A stretch of 64,000 bases of DNA from Octopus sinensis (taxonomy: Eukaryota). This document shows, piece by piece, positions 25,494 through 38,040 of this stretch. A program made the position numbers and the translations under genes. Numbering within the stretch: position 1 is the stretch's first letter; each line of letters begins with the position of its first letter. The DNA lies in assembly GCF_006345805.1 (NCBI RefSeq), contig NC_043011.1, forward strand, positions 53,828,464 to 53,892,463, read 5' to 3'. A model generated the notes under the pieces. It was not told the origin of the DNA, made no database searches, and was given only the letters and a program-made list of their open reading frames with translations.

Positions 25494-26460
25494 CCATCAT
25501 CATCATCATTATCATCATCATCATTATCATCCTCATCATCATCATCATCACTATCATCGTCATATTATCAGTGGCCCCCTTTTCCTCATCAACAGCATCA
25601 TTTTATGCATATATATATATATATATATATGCATACACACACACACACACACACACATACATGTATATATGCAAATATATATATATATATACGCACACAC
25701 TTTTATATATAAATCATTATCATCATCGTCATCATCATCATCATCATCATCATCGTTGTCGTCGTTGTAATTATCATTATCATCATTATCATCATCACCA
25801 CCACCACCACTACAACTACCATCACCACAACAACCATAAGCAGCCCCCATCATCGCTATAACTTCCACCCCCACATCACCAAAACTACCACCACCACCAC
25901 CACCACCACCACAACCACTACTACTATCATCATCATCATCATTATCATCATTGTTATTAATGAGCTAATTAAAGAGATAATACAGACAGAGATAGGTTCC
26001 AGTTGGGTAACAACAGGGTGGATATAGACAGAGATTTAAATGGGTAAAGATAATAATATTGAAGATAGGGGAGGTAGGAGCGGTAGTGGTGGGGGTGGGG
26101 TGTTTCAGTGGAAGTGGCGGGGCGACGGTGGTGGTGGTGGTAAGGTAATAGTAGCGGTGGTGGTAGAACTAGTTGATGATGGTGATTATGATTGGGGTAG
26201 TGAGATAGTAATAGCGATAGTAGTAATGGTGGTGGTGGTGGTGGTGGTGGTGGTGGTGGTAGTGAAGGTGTTGCCGGTAGTAGTGGTGAGGGCAGTGGTG
26301 TTGATGGTGGTAGGGATGGTAGTGGCAGTGTTGATGGTGTTGGTGGTGGTGATAACAGCACTATTGATGGTGGTGGTGTTGGTGGTAGTGGTTGTGGCAG
26401 TGGTGTTGATGGTGGTAGTGGTGAGTATGGTGGTACAAGTTGTGACAATGGTATTGTTGC
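24258..26460. repeat. Microsatellite field: (ATT)n, (CA)n, (TA)n, (CAT)n, (GGT)n
   Basis: Direct reading. Confidence 0.9.
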
Positions 26461-26559
26461 CTAATTCGAGCCTACTCTAAGCTACTAAGAATGCGTGTGG
26501 CAACTTGAAGATCCACCCACGACATGTGATAGATTTGTGGTTGCACGGGCGTGAAAGCT

Positions 26560-26895
26560 ATGTTGTTATCCTCATTCCATAAACAGTGGCTTTTAATGGG
26601 TGTAGAGCCGAACCATCTTGGGGTACAGAGGATTCACAATTTAGACTAAGATCTGAAAGTTTACCACACCATAGTGGGTAACACCATGGTTCCTCTGCTT
26701 TGTGGTCAAAGTAGGAAGAAAGAGTGAGAGAAAGTAGTGGTAAAAGAGTACAGCGGGGTTCCCCGCACCCCCACCGGAGCCTCATGGACCTTAGGTGCTT
26801 TTGCTCAATAAACACTCACAGTGACCGGTCTGGGAATCGAAACCACGTTCTTACGACTGTCCACTGTCCTAACCACTGGGCCATCACACCTCCAC
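26560..26895 (-). mobile_element. tRNA-derived SINE family D
   Basis: Minus strand GTGGAGGTGTGATGGCCCAGTGGTTAGG (A box) and GGTTTCGATTCCC (B box); homologous to 48988-49375 and 49960-50210. Confidence 0.85.
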
Positions 26896-27092
26896 TGGTG
26901 CTGTTGTTGGCAATGTTTGGTCAGTTATATTACGAAATAAGAAATTAACAGTTCCTATCACAGATGTTATATCATATTTGGACTCAAACCAGTTAAATCT
27001 TGATGATCAAATCTATTTAGGTATACATCAGTACCACTGTACTATGTTGAGTGTTTCATAGTGATTGGCAAGAACAGGAATGTGGAATTGAT

Positions 27093-27513
27093 GTGCAGGA
27101 GTGGCTGTGTGGTAAGTAGCTTGCTTACCAACCACATGGTTCTGGGTTCAGTCCCACTGCGTGGCATCTTGGGCAAGTGTCTTCTGCTATAGCCCCGGGC
27201 CGACCAATGCCTTGTGAGTGGATTTGTTTGATGGAAACTGAAAGAAGCCCGTCGAATATATGTATATATAAATATATGTATGTGTGTGTATATGTTTGTA
27301 TGTCTGTTTGTCCCCCTAGCATTGTTTGACAACTGATGCTGGTGTGTTTACGTCCCCGTCACTTAGCGGTTCGGCAAAAGAGACCGATAGAATAAGTACT
27401 GGGCTTACAAAGAATAAGTCCCGGGGTCGATTTGCTCGACTAAAGGCGGTGCTCCAGCATGGCCGCAGTCAAATGACTGAAACAAGTAAAAGAGTAAAAG
27501 AGAGTAAAGAGTA
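27093..27513 (+). mobile_element. tRNA-derived SINE family A, full length
   Basis: TGGCTGTGTGG A box, GGTTCAGTCC B box, internal (TA)(TG) microsatellite, (AAGAGT)n-like tail. Confidence 0.92.
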
Positions 27514-27679
27514 ACGTATGCCATTGGTTTTATCTCGTATCCAAGAATTTAGCTTCTTCTTTGCTGAACATTTCCTTTATGGTGATGGCGTTGATGATTC
27601 TGTAGACCAATTCTTGCATAGAAGAGTCAATGGCATTGACTACATGGCAATGTTGGTGGCAGTCGAGATTGATTTTGTT

Positions 27680-27772
27680 ACACTGATTCTCATCCAATCA
27701 CCGATGTTAAGCAATGTTGAGCCTAGCTAGTTCTTAGATGGTGACCACTTGGAAAGCCTAGGTGCTGTAAGC
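27680..27772 (+). pseudogene. 5'-truncated 5S rRNA pseudogene or 5S-derived fragment
   Basis: ACACTGATTCTCATCCAATCACCGATGTTAAGCAATGTTGAGCCTAGCTAGTTCTTAGATGGTGACCACTTGGAAAGCCTAGGTGCTGTAAGC aligns by eye with invertebrate 5S from about nt 24 to the 3' end, including decayed A and C boxes. Confidence 0.85.
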
Positions 27773-27781
27773 ACCACTGAC

Positions 27782-28398
27782 ATTTTTTTCTTTTTTCTTT
27801 TTTCCTTATTGCCCACAGGGAGCTAAACACAGAGGAGACAAACAAGGACAGACTAAAGGGATTAAGTCGATCACATCAACCCCAGTGTGTCACTGGTACT
27901 TATTTTATCAACCCCGAAAGGATGAAAGGCAAAGTCGACCTCGGTGGAATTTGAACTCAGAATGTAACGGCAGACAAAATACCTATTTCTTTACTACCCA
28001 CAAGGGGCTAAACACAGAGAGGACAAACAAGGACAGACAAAGGGATTAAGTCGATTACATCAACCCCAGTGCGTAACTGGTACTTAATTTATTGACCCTG
28101 AAAGGATGAAAGGCAAAGTTGACCTCGGTGGAATTTGAACTCAGAATGTAACGGCAGACAAAATACCTATTTCTTTACTACCCACAAGGGGCTAAACACA
28201 GAGAGGACAAACAAGGACAGACAAAGGGATTAAGTTGATTACATCGACCCCAGTGCATAACTGGTACTTAATTTATCGACCCCGAAAGGATGAAAGGCAA
28301 AGTCGACCTCGGCGGAATTTGAACTCAGAACGTAATGGCAGACGAAATACCACAAAGCATTTTGCCCGGCATGCTAACGTTTCTGCCAGCTTGCCGCC
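27782..28398 (-). mobile_element. SINE family B trimer, 184-bp period
   Basis: One head at 28398; junctions at 27977 and 28161. Confidence 0.92.
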
Positions 28399-28737
28399 TT
28401 AGGTTCCACTGAGTTACAGTGAGGAAGTAAAGGCATGTAACCTAGAGGTTAATGTGTTCAGCTTAGAATCCTAAGGACATCAGTTCAATTCCTGGGCAAA
28501 TTGTGTCCTTCGGTAATACTTCAATAATAATGTGTATATGTATAAGGAGTATATATAGTAGTGCTATCATCGTTATTCTACTTCTCCTCTTCATTATCAC
28601 CATCGTCATCATCATCACCATCATCACCATCACCACTGCCGCCATTGCCATCGTTGCTGCCGCTGCCACTGCTGCCATCAGTGCCACTGCTTTCGCCACC
28701 TCCGCTGCCGGTACCGCCTCTGCTACCGCTGTCGTCG

Positions 28738-28768
<31 letters not shown>

Positions 28769-28883
28769 TGCCATCATCGTTCTGTCTTGTCATTATCATC
28801 AATATTATCCTCACATTATCAGCAGCCTCCTTTTCTTCATCATCAGTGAGCATCATTTTATACATACATACATAAACATATAT

Positions 28884-28928
<45 letters not shown>

Positions 28929-29008
28929 CAAAATACTCTGTTATATCTTGAGATAGCTAGTAATAACAATACACAAAATAAAATACAGAATCAGTGTTAC
29001 ATACAAAA

Positions 29009-29102
29009 CACAGGGAATTTATGCTTAAAGTTATAAAACATTGGTAAATTAAATTTTTTTAATTTACCAATGTTTTATAACTTTAAGCATAAATTCACTG
29101 TG
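29009..29102. repeat. 45-bp-arm palindrome with 4-nt loop
   Basis: 29009-29053 versus the reverse complement of 29058-29102: one mismatch. Confidence 0.95.
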
Positions 29103-29763
29103 AATACATGAATGTATGTATTTGGTCTTTGTGTGTGGATCTTAGAAATGTTCCTTTAGTTCCTGCTCGCATTGCCTCCGCTCAAATTAACAAGTGGTAT
29201 ATATATATATATATATATATAATTATATACATACACACACATTGTTTCAGTGTTCTCAACTGTAAAGAGTCTCGCAGAGTGGATTTCAGCTGTAAATCCT
29301 GGATGAGCCACTGGGTCAAATTTGAGCAGACCCAGAAGTATATCTATGGTGGTCCACGACCACATAGGTACCTAAAAAATGATGAGTGACAGCATGGCAA
29401 GAGTTACCAGGCCATACTAGTCTGCAAGCGATGGCTCATGTTACTACTGTACTTATAGAGATGAGTTAGACTCTTCAGCAAGAAATACATCCGTGATAGA
29501 CCAGTGCCGCCCTATTTGTGGTGAGCTGTATCGCCTTTCTGTTTACTTCTATGGGAGACATAAAATCTGAGTGGGTTTGAAATGCGGAAAAAAAAAAGTG
29601 AAAGAGAGGAATAGAGAGAGTATTTAAATACATATGCGTATTTAAATACATATGTGTGAAAGACAATGAATTTACTTATTTAAATACATATATGTATGTG
29701 TGTGTGTGTGTATCAATATATATATATATATACTATATATATATGTGTGTGCATGTGTGTGTG

Positions 29764-29804
<41 letters not shown>

Positions 29805-30078
29805 GTGTGTGTGTGTGCATGTGTATGTGTAAATATATATATATATACCTATATATCTATATCTATATATATATATATATGTGTATATATATATGTGTGT
29901 GTGTATATATACAGATATATATATATATATGTATGTATACACATACATACATGCATACACATACATATACATACATATATAAATAGAGAGTAAATGAAAG
30001 AGAGAGAATAAGAGAGAGAGAAAAGTAAGAGTAAGAGAGATGAGAATAATAAGAGTAAGAGAGTGAGAAAGTGAAGTG

Positions 30079-30124
<46 letters not shown>

Positions 30125-30149
30125 TGAGAGAGAAATCAAGTGTATGTGA

Positions 30150-30545
30150 GTGTTGTTGATAGGTTTACCTGTCTCAGCTCTGTAATTTAGCGTGATGGAA
30201 ATTCGAAAGAGGAGAATGTGAGCATGTGAACTGCAGAATCTGGAAAGCAGCAACTGTCTTCAATAATTGCACCTCTTGTGCAATAAAAACCGCAATGAAG
30301 ATTCCCTATTGCATTTGCTCATAGCAGTTTATGATGGGGAAGCATTTATGATAACAGGAATGATGGATCTAAAGTTTGGGATGGATATATTCAGAAGCCA
30401 TAGAAACGGCAGGTAGAGTTTAGGATCGTTTGCAAGACATTACCAGAAAAGAATAATGGACGCCAGATATGGTGTCCGCTCTGTATGAGACCATTGTTAT
30501 TCCATATCTGCAAATTGGGTTGAATGGCGTCAGAAGATGGGGGGA
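30150..30545 (+). mobile_element. Heavily decayed RTE-like LINE fragment
   Basis: [19 protein letters not shown] resembles VDKFTYLGSVIS.DG..EEE; many stops. Confidence 0.45.
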
Positions 30546-30714
30546 AAAAAAGGAAGTGATAAAACAAAGTAACAATACAAAAGGGGAAAAGAGAAATATG
30601 AAAGCAAAGAAAATGCAATGAAAATGTTTTGGGTTCAGTTCTTGGTGTAGGCAGCATTTTGTGTTCTTGAAAGATAGGGTCCGTGGACAGAAATGTCGTA
30701 GTGTGGGGTGGGGT

Positions 30715-31153
30715 GGATAGGGGAGGGAAGATAGAAGAGGGAGGAAGAGAGAGAAATAGGAGAGGGAGGGAGAGAAGGAGAAAGATAGAAGGCAAGAGAG
30801 AGAGAGAGCAGGAGAGAGAAGGATAGAGGGAGGGAGAGAGAAGAAAAAGGGAGAGAGGGAGAGAAAGAAAGAGACAGAGACAGAGAGGGACAGAGAAGAA
30901 GAGAGAGAGTGGGTAAAGAGAGAGAGAGAGGGTATGAAGGAGAAAGATAGAAGGCAAGAGGGAGAGAGAGAAAGAGAAGGAGAAAGATAGAAGATAAGAG
31001 GGAGAGAGAGAGGGACAGAGAAGGATAGAGGGAAAGAGGGAGAAGGGAGAGAGAAGGATAGAGGGAAGGAGGGAGAGAAAGAAAGAGACAGAGACAGAGA
31101 GAGACAAAGAGAGAGAGGGAGGAATAGAGTGAGTGAGAGGGAGGAAGAGAGAA

Positions 31154-31188
<35 letters not shown>

Positions 31189-31830
31189 GAGAGATGTTTG
31201 AAGAAGGGCTAAATGAATTTAAATGTCTAGTTACTCTGGGTTTGGAGATTGTTTGGTTGTTATTCTAAATGTCATGAAGGTACTTGAGGAAGGAATCCCC
31301 TGAACAGGGTGCAATGCTTCAACCATGTGAAAGGAATTCCAGGATTTACTCTTGAAACAAAAGTGCAAAACTGGCTGCAGTATCATTGAAATGGTCAGTG
31401 GGGGTGGGGGGGGGGGGGAGGGGGGGGAATGGACGTAGGATGATGGTGAGGAGGAAGAAAGAAGAGAGGGGGAAGAGATGAAGAGAAGAAGGAAGTGAGG
31501 AGCAGGAGGAGGACAAGAGAAAGCGGAGAAAGAGAAAGGGAGGAAGAGAATCAAGAGGAAAAGAAGGAAAGGAGAGAAAAGAGGAGGAGGATGAGGAGAG
31601 GAGGGGGAAGACCAAGGGGGGAGAGAAGAGAAAGAGAAAGAAGAAGAAGAGAAAGGAAAAGATGCAGAGAAGGAAGAAGGGAAGAAGAGCAGGAGAATGG
31701 GAGAAGGAAGAGAAAGAAGAAGAGCAGGAGAAAGGGAGGAGGAGAAGAAGGAGGAAGAGCAGGGGAAGGAGAGGAGAAAAAGAGAAAGCACAGGAGAAGA
31801 AAGAGAAAGGAGGAGGAGGAAAATGGCAGA
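30715..31830. repeat. GA-rich polypurine tracts
   Basis: Direct reading (30715-31195 and 31440-31830). Confidence 0.9.
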
Positions 31831-32199
31831 AGAGGACATCAATGAGGCATTGACATCTCTTAAGGACAAAAGAAAAATCTTTAGAATATTTATGTAGCAA
31901 TACCATTTCTACAGCTGACAATTTGTTTCACCTTTTATCTTTGTCATGTGAGCTATTTTAACCAAACCAGGGATTTTGGCCATTCAAAGAGTTTAGCCAA
32001 TCAGAAACTTGCTAGACTGAGAGCCATCCTCTTAGGTATTGATAAAGAAGTTAAACTTTTCACAGACTTCTATCCAGATCTCACTTCATTCATTCATTTG
32101 ATACCAGACGAATTATCAGCAGAATTTTCCAGAGTCGTTGCCCAAAGATATTGAGTTAGAAATGACACAGAACAAAATTGATTCTTTTTTTGTCAACTG

Positions 32200-32647
32200 T
32201 CTCTTTTACTCTTTTACTTGTTTCAGTCATTTGACTGCTGCCATGCTGGAGCACGGCCTTTAGTCGAGCAAATCGACCCCGGGACTTATTCTTGTAAGCC
32301 CAGTACTTATTCTATCGGTCTCTTTTGCCGAACCGCTAAGTGACGGGATGTAAACAACCAGCATCATTGTCAAGCAATGCTAGGGGACAAACACAACACA
32401 CAAACACATACACCACACACACACACACGCCACACAATATATACACACTATATATATATATATATATATATATATCAATATATACGACAGGCTTCTTTCA
32501 GTTTCCGTCTACCAAATCCACTCACAAGACATTGGCTGGCCCGGGGCTATAGCAGAAGACACTTGCCCAAGATGCCACGCAGTGGGACTGAACCCGGAAC
32601 CATGTGGTTGGTTAGCAAGCTACTTACCACACAGCCACTCCTGCGCC
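32200..32647 (-). mobile_element. SINE family A, full length
   Basis: Reverse complement of 27093-27513 with a longer internal microsatellite. Confidence 0.92.
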
Positions 32648-33331
32648 TATACTGTCTCAAATCATATAATTTAAGCTGAATGAGAAATCTTTGGCAATAT
32701 TTATTTTGAAAAAGTTTGAAAAAAGTACATTAACTTCTCTTTCTTCTATTTTGGTGCCATGGTCTGCCAGCATGTATGAAAATGAAACTGTTCTCATCAT
32801 TATTAATTGATTTTGTAAAACAACATTATCTGAATGATTTGGTGAAACATGGATATGTGACATGGTCTCTACGACTGGATGCTCTTCCTATAACGCCAGC
32901 CACTTTTTACATGCTTTTGACATGTCATTTACTTTTTATGTGCATTTACTCAGCACCGGCTCAGGTGCTTTAACACTGCACTGGCATGAGTGCTTTTTAA
33001 GTGGCACTGGCACCTGAAAGAACAAGCCTGTATGTGTGAAAGACAATGAATTTACTTAGCTTGATGCATCTTATCATGTACAGCAAATCACCACATCTCC
33101 CGGTGCCTTGTCATTTCCTCAGTGAGGTCCATTGTCTGAAGATCCTTTCTCACTACTTTGTCCTACGTGTCTGTGAGTATCTTTGTATTTGTGTTTGTCC
33201 TGTTGCCACCTCTACTTCACAACCATTGTTTTGATTTCTTTGCAACCCTGTAACTTAGTAAGTTCTCCCCCCACCACCACCAAATAAAAAAGATTGATAG
33301 AATAAGTCCCAGATTGAAGAAAAAAAGTATG

Positions 33332-34125
33332 GGTACAGGCATGGCTGTGTGGTAAGAAACTTGCTTCCTTCCTAACCACATGGTTCTGGGTTCAGTCTTG
33401 CTGCATGGCACCTTGGGCAAGTATCTTCTACTATAGTCTTGACAATAGATTTGGTAGACTGAAACTGAAAGACGTCCATTGTATATATATATATATGTGT
33501 GTGCGTGCATATATATATATCAAGTAAAGGTAATAAATCTCATTAAGGGTTGATAAATTCAATGAAAATACTGGTTAGTTATCAATCTATAGAAGGATCA
33601 ACTATAAGGTAACCATATAAACCATGGTCCATATATATATATTTAAAGAATGAGGAGAAAATGAGGAGGTAATTTATAAAATTATTTATTAATTATAAAA
33701 TATGACAACATCGCTGACAGCTGTTTCGATTTATAAATTTTTGGATAATTAGAATCATTATAAGATGAATCTGAAGAGATGATGATTTTAATTTTATAAA
33801 TTAATTATCTAAAGATTTCTGAATCGAAACAGCTGTCAGGGATGTTGTCATAATTTATAATTAATAAATAATTTTATTGATTACCTCTCCATTTTCTCCA
33901 TTTTCTTTTTATATGTGTGTTTGTCCCCCACTTTTGCTTAACAACTGGTGTTGGCATGTTTATGTCCCCATAACTTTGTGGTTTGGCAAAAGAGATCAAT
34001 AGAATAAATAGCAGACTTAAATGAAAAAAAAGTACTGGAGTCAATTCATTCAAGTAAAAATCCTCCAAGGCGGTGCTCCAGCATAGCCATAGCTTAATGA
34101 CTGAAACAAGTGAAACATAAAAGAT
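33332..34125 (+). mobile_element. SINE family A split at its internal microsatellite by a Penelope-type terminal remnant (33525-33900)
   Basis: 5' half 33332-33520, 3' half 33905-34125; the insert has a 78-bp inverted repeat (33654-33731 / 33822-33899) and hammerhead half-motifs. Confidence 0.75.
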
Positions 34126-34239
34126 ATTGGGGTTGATTTATTTGATTAAACCCCTCAGGGAAGTGCTGCAGCATGGCCACAGTCAAATGACAGTCACAAG
34201 TAAAAAAGAAAGAAAAGAAAGAAAGAAAGGAGAAAGGCA

Positions 34240-34468
34240 GCAAGCTGGCAGAAACGTTAGCACGCTGAGCAAAATGCTTAGCGGTATTTCATCTGCCGTT
34301 ACGTTCTGAGTTCGAATTCCGCTGAGGTCAACTTTGCCTTTTATCTTTTCGGGGTCGATAAATTAAGTACCAGTTATGCACTGGGGTCGATGTAATCGAC
34401 TTAATCCCTTTGTCTGTCCTTGTTTGTCCCCTCTGTGTGTAGCCCCTTGTGGGCAATAAAGAAATAAG
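34240..34468 (+). mobile_element. SINE family B, full length
   Basis: GCTGGCAGAAACGTTAGCAC...GAGTTCGAATTCC (B box)...AAAGAAATAAG. Confidence 0.9.
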
Positions 34469-35459
34469 AAAGGAGATATCTCAGGACACCTTATCTAAGA
34501 GGCATCAGATGTGGGATGCAAGGGAGACAAATGTGCTGGTATGGTCATGTGATGCATATGCACGAGGACAGCTATGTAATGAAGGGCTGATCTTTAACTG
34601 TAGAGGGAACCTGTGGTAGAAGTAGACCCAGAAAGACGTGGGATGAGGTGGGGAAGCATGATCTTCACACACTGGGCCTCACGAAAATGATGACAAGTGA
34701 CTGAGACCTTTGGCAATATTCTGTGCTTTAGAAGACTTGTCAAGCCAATTGGCCATTGCCAGTGGCACGTAAATGGCACCCATGAATTGTAGTCGTGGTC
34801 GTTGCTGGTGCCATATAAATGGCACCTGTGAAATTGTAGTTATGGTCGTTGCTAGTGTCATGTAAATGGTAACTAAGAAATCATAGTCATGGCCGTTGCC
34901 GGTGTCAAATGAATGGCAGCCATACCAGTGACACATAAAAAACACCCATAACACTCTTGGAGTGGTTGGCATTAGGAAGGGCATCCAGCTGTAAAGACCA
35001 TGCGACATCAGACTGGAACCTGGTGCAGCTCCTTAGCTTACCAGTTTTCAGTCAAACCGTCCAACCCATGCCAGCATGGAAAGCAGACGTTAAACGTGGA
35101 TGATGAAAAGGGTGTGATTTAAGCGAGATTCGGTTGCTGTTTCTACCAAGCTCAATGACTACACAGTGGCCACCCTTGTCAGTCCAACTAATCTTTTGTT
35201 TATTCACTTTAGTGGTGAACTGAAGAATTTCATACGTACATTATCCGTTAGTTTTCATAGCATCTTGTTTCATCTGTCAACATCTTCTCTCAGCCAACTT
35301 CATTTCATCCAAGAATTACCACAGATCAATAATTCTTTCTATCTATTTCCATCTCACACACTTTAAATGTTTCATTTTGACATTTCTTATTCACTGTTTA
35401 CCTGCTTACAAGGGATATCCACTAGATTGGAGCTTGTCATATCTACTGAAGAGAACAGC

Positions 35460-35729
35460 ATAACACACACACACGCACACGCACACACACATGCACACGT
35501 ACACACACGTACGCACACACACGTGCATACACAGACGTACACAGAGCACTGTGCTGAACTCAAATCATGTAATAAATGCATCAATATACAGAAAAACAAC
35601 ATACATATGCCCACTTACACTTATACATATGTATATGCATGTGTGTGTGTGTGTGCATAAACATACATACCTATATATGTATATGTATACATATACGTAC
35701 ATACACATATACACACACATATATAACTG

Positions 35730-35783
<54 letters not shown>

Positions 35784-35849
35784 CTATATATATATATACA
35801 TATATATATATACATATATATATATAATACATATATATATATACATATA

Positions 35850-35900
<51 letters not shown>

Positions 35901-35908
35901 ATATATAA

Positions 35909-35939
<31 letters not shown>

Positions 35940-37220
35940 TATATACATACACATACTTACATATATATATTATTTATATATACATATATATATGTATGTA
36001 TACACACACATATACATGTCTACATCTATCTATCCATTTATGTAATATATATATACATATATATATTATATATATATATATATATAATATATATATATAT
36101 GCATGTGTGTATGTGTGTGTGTGTATAAACCAAACCATATACATATACAAATATCAATACACATACACGCATAGTAATAGCTGTAAAGACATAGTATACA
36201 CCAACTAATCTGTTCTACACGAACACAGTAATAGAAAAAGCAAAAACAAAACAACAAACACACAGCACTAACACACACGCACACAACACACACCACACAC
36301 ACACCACACATAACACACACCAACACACACACCCACCACATACACACGCACACACACACACCACATACACATGTACACACAACACACTAAGTAGATAATG
36401 TATTCTCACCAATATTTTTGCATGAAAAATATAATGCCGACAACAACAGCAGCAACAATAACAACAACAACATCAATAATATCAGGAATAATAACAATAA
36501 TCATAATAATAATAATGATAACAATAATAATAATAATAATAATAATGATAATAATAATGATAATAATAATATAATAATAATAATAATAATAAATATGAAA
36601 ATCAATGGAGAAAATTGTAGAAGAGAACGCAAGACTATGCAGACCCATCAGCACATCAAAGATTATGAAATGTATATATACATGCATATACATTCGTATA
36701 TACATACATATATTTATATACACACACACACACACATATATATATACATATATATGAAAATACACACACACATACATACATACATATATACATACATATA
36801 TATATATATTAATACATATAGATATATTTACAAATATATATGTGTGTGTATATATGTATATATGTGTGTGTGTGTGTGTGCATATATGTGTGTGTGTGTA
36901 TATATATATGTATGTACGTAAATATATGTATGTGTGTGTGCATTTTCATATATATATACACATATATATATATACATATGTATGTATATAAAATATATGT
37001 ATGTGTATACGAATGTACATATATGCAAGTATATATATATATATACATATATGTATGTATATGCATGTATATATATATATACATATATATATATTATATA
37101 TATATAATATATATATATAATATATTTTATACATATATATATATATATATATATGCATGTATATATGTATATGTATATGTATACACACACACACATATGC
37201 GTGTATGTTTGTGTATATAT
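35460..37220. repeat. (CA)n/(TA)n/(AAT)n microsatellite field
   Basis: Direct reading. Confidence 0.92.
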
Positions 37221-37498
37221 ACATATTTTTGCCTGACAGATTCAGGAAGAATTCCTGAAAAAAAAAAAAAAAAAGTTTCCTAACAATACAAAAGTGATCA
37301 AAGTAAGAGGAAGAAAAAATTAAATGGTATTCTCTAAGAAATGGATTTAGGAATTTTTGGCTATAAATCAAAGACAGTTCCATATTGTAGATTTTTAACC
37401 AGGTTCCTGTTGTAGGTCTGCGAATGTTTTTTTTTATGTGCTTTTTTTTTTTAGTGATTCATTATAAGTTGTGTCTGGTTTTCATATGTTTTGTGTAA

Positions 37499-37542
<44 letters not shown>

Positions 37543-37750
37543 CTATGAAGTTTTTGCTTGAACGTATAGGTTTTCTGTGGTTCTCTGTGTTTGGTTCTGT
37601 TACAGCTTAATATTCTTCTTCTTATATGGATGGTTTCATATTTTTTCGGTGCTTCTTATGATGTTCTGAAGAGTTTGGAATTGTTTTGTTGCTATTTTAT
37701 ACGTTCCTTTTTTATGGTTGCGTACACCTAGAAATGATTCTGTCAAGTGT

Positions 37751-37783
<33 letters not shown>

Positions 37784-38005
37784 AGCGTGTGTGTGCGTGC
37801 ATGACTGCATGCATGTGTACGTGTGTGTGCATGTATGTGTGCATGTGTGTGTATGTGTGTGTATGTGTGTGAGTGTGTGTGTGGTATGTGTGTGTGTGAG
37901 TGTGTGTGTGCGTGCATGACTGCATGCACGTGTGCATGTGTGTGCATGTATGTGTGCATGTGTGTGTATGTGTGTGTGTATGTGTGTGTATGTGTGTGTG
38001 TATGT

Positions 38006-38040
<35 letters not shown>

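Noticed and set aside
26860-26895. tRNA genes at A/B-box motifs (also 27093, 39242, 48988)
   Set aside because: No complete cloverleaf or acceptor stem; they continue into SINE bodies
27774-28412. CCACTGA as a TSD for the 27.8-kb SINE trimer
   Set aside because: Only 7 bp and offset from the element head by several bases; could be chance
29251-29310. PAN/apple or SWIM domain reading of CVLNC...FSCKSW
   Set aside because: The remaining diagnostic cysteines and histidine are absent
35402-35445. Micro-exon on - with strong acceptor and two donors
   Set aside because: Too short to distinguish from chance; frame ambiguous
37240-37302. IQEEFLKKKKKKFPNNTKVIK exon candidate on +
   Set aside because: The frame depends on a 17-A homopolymer; no supporting context
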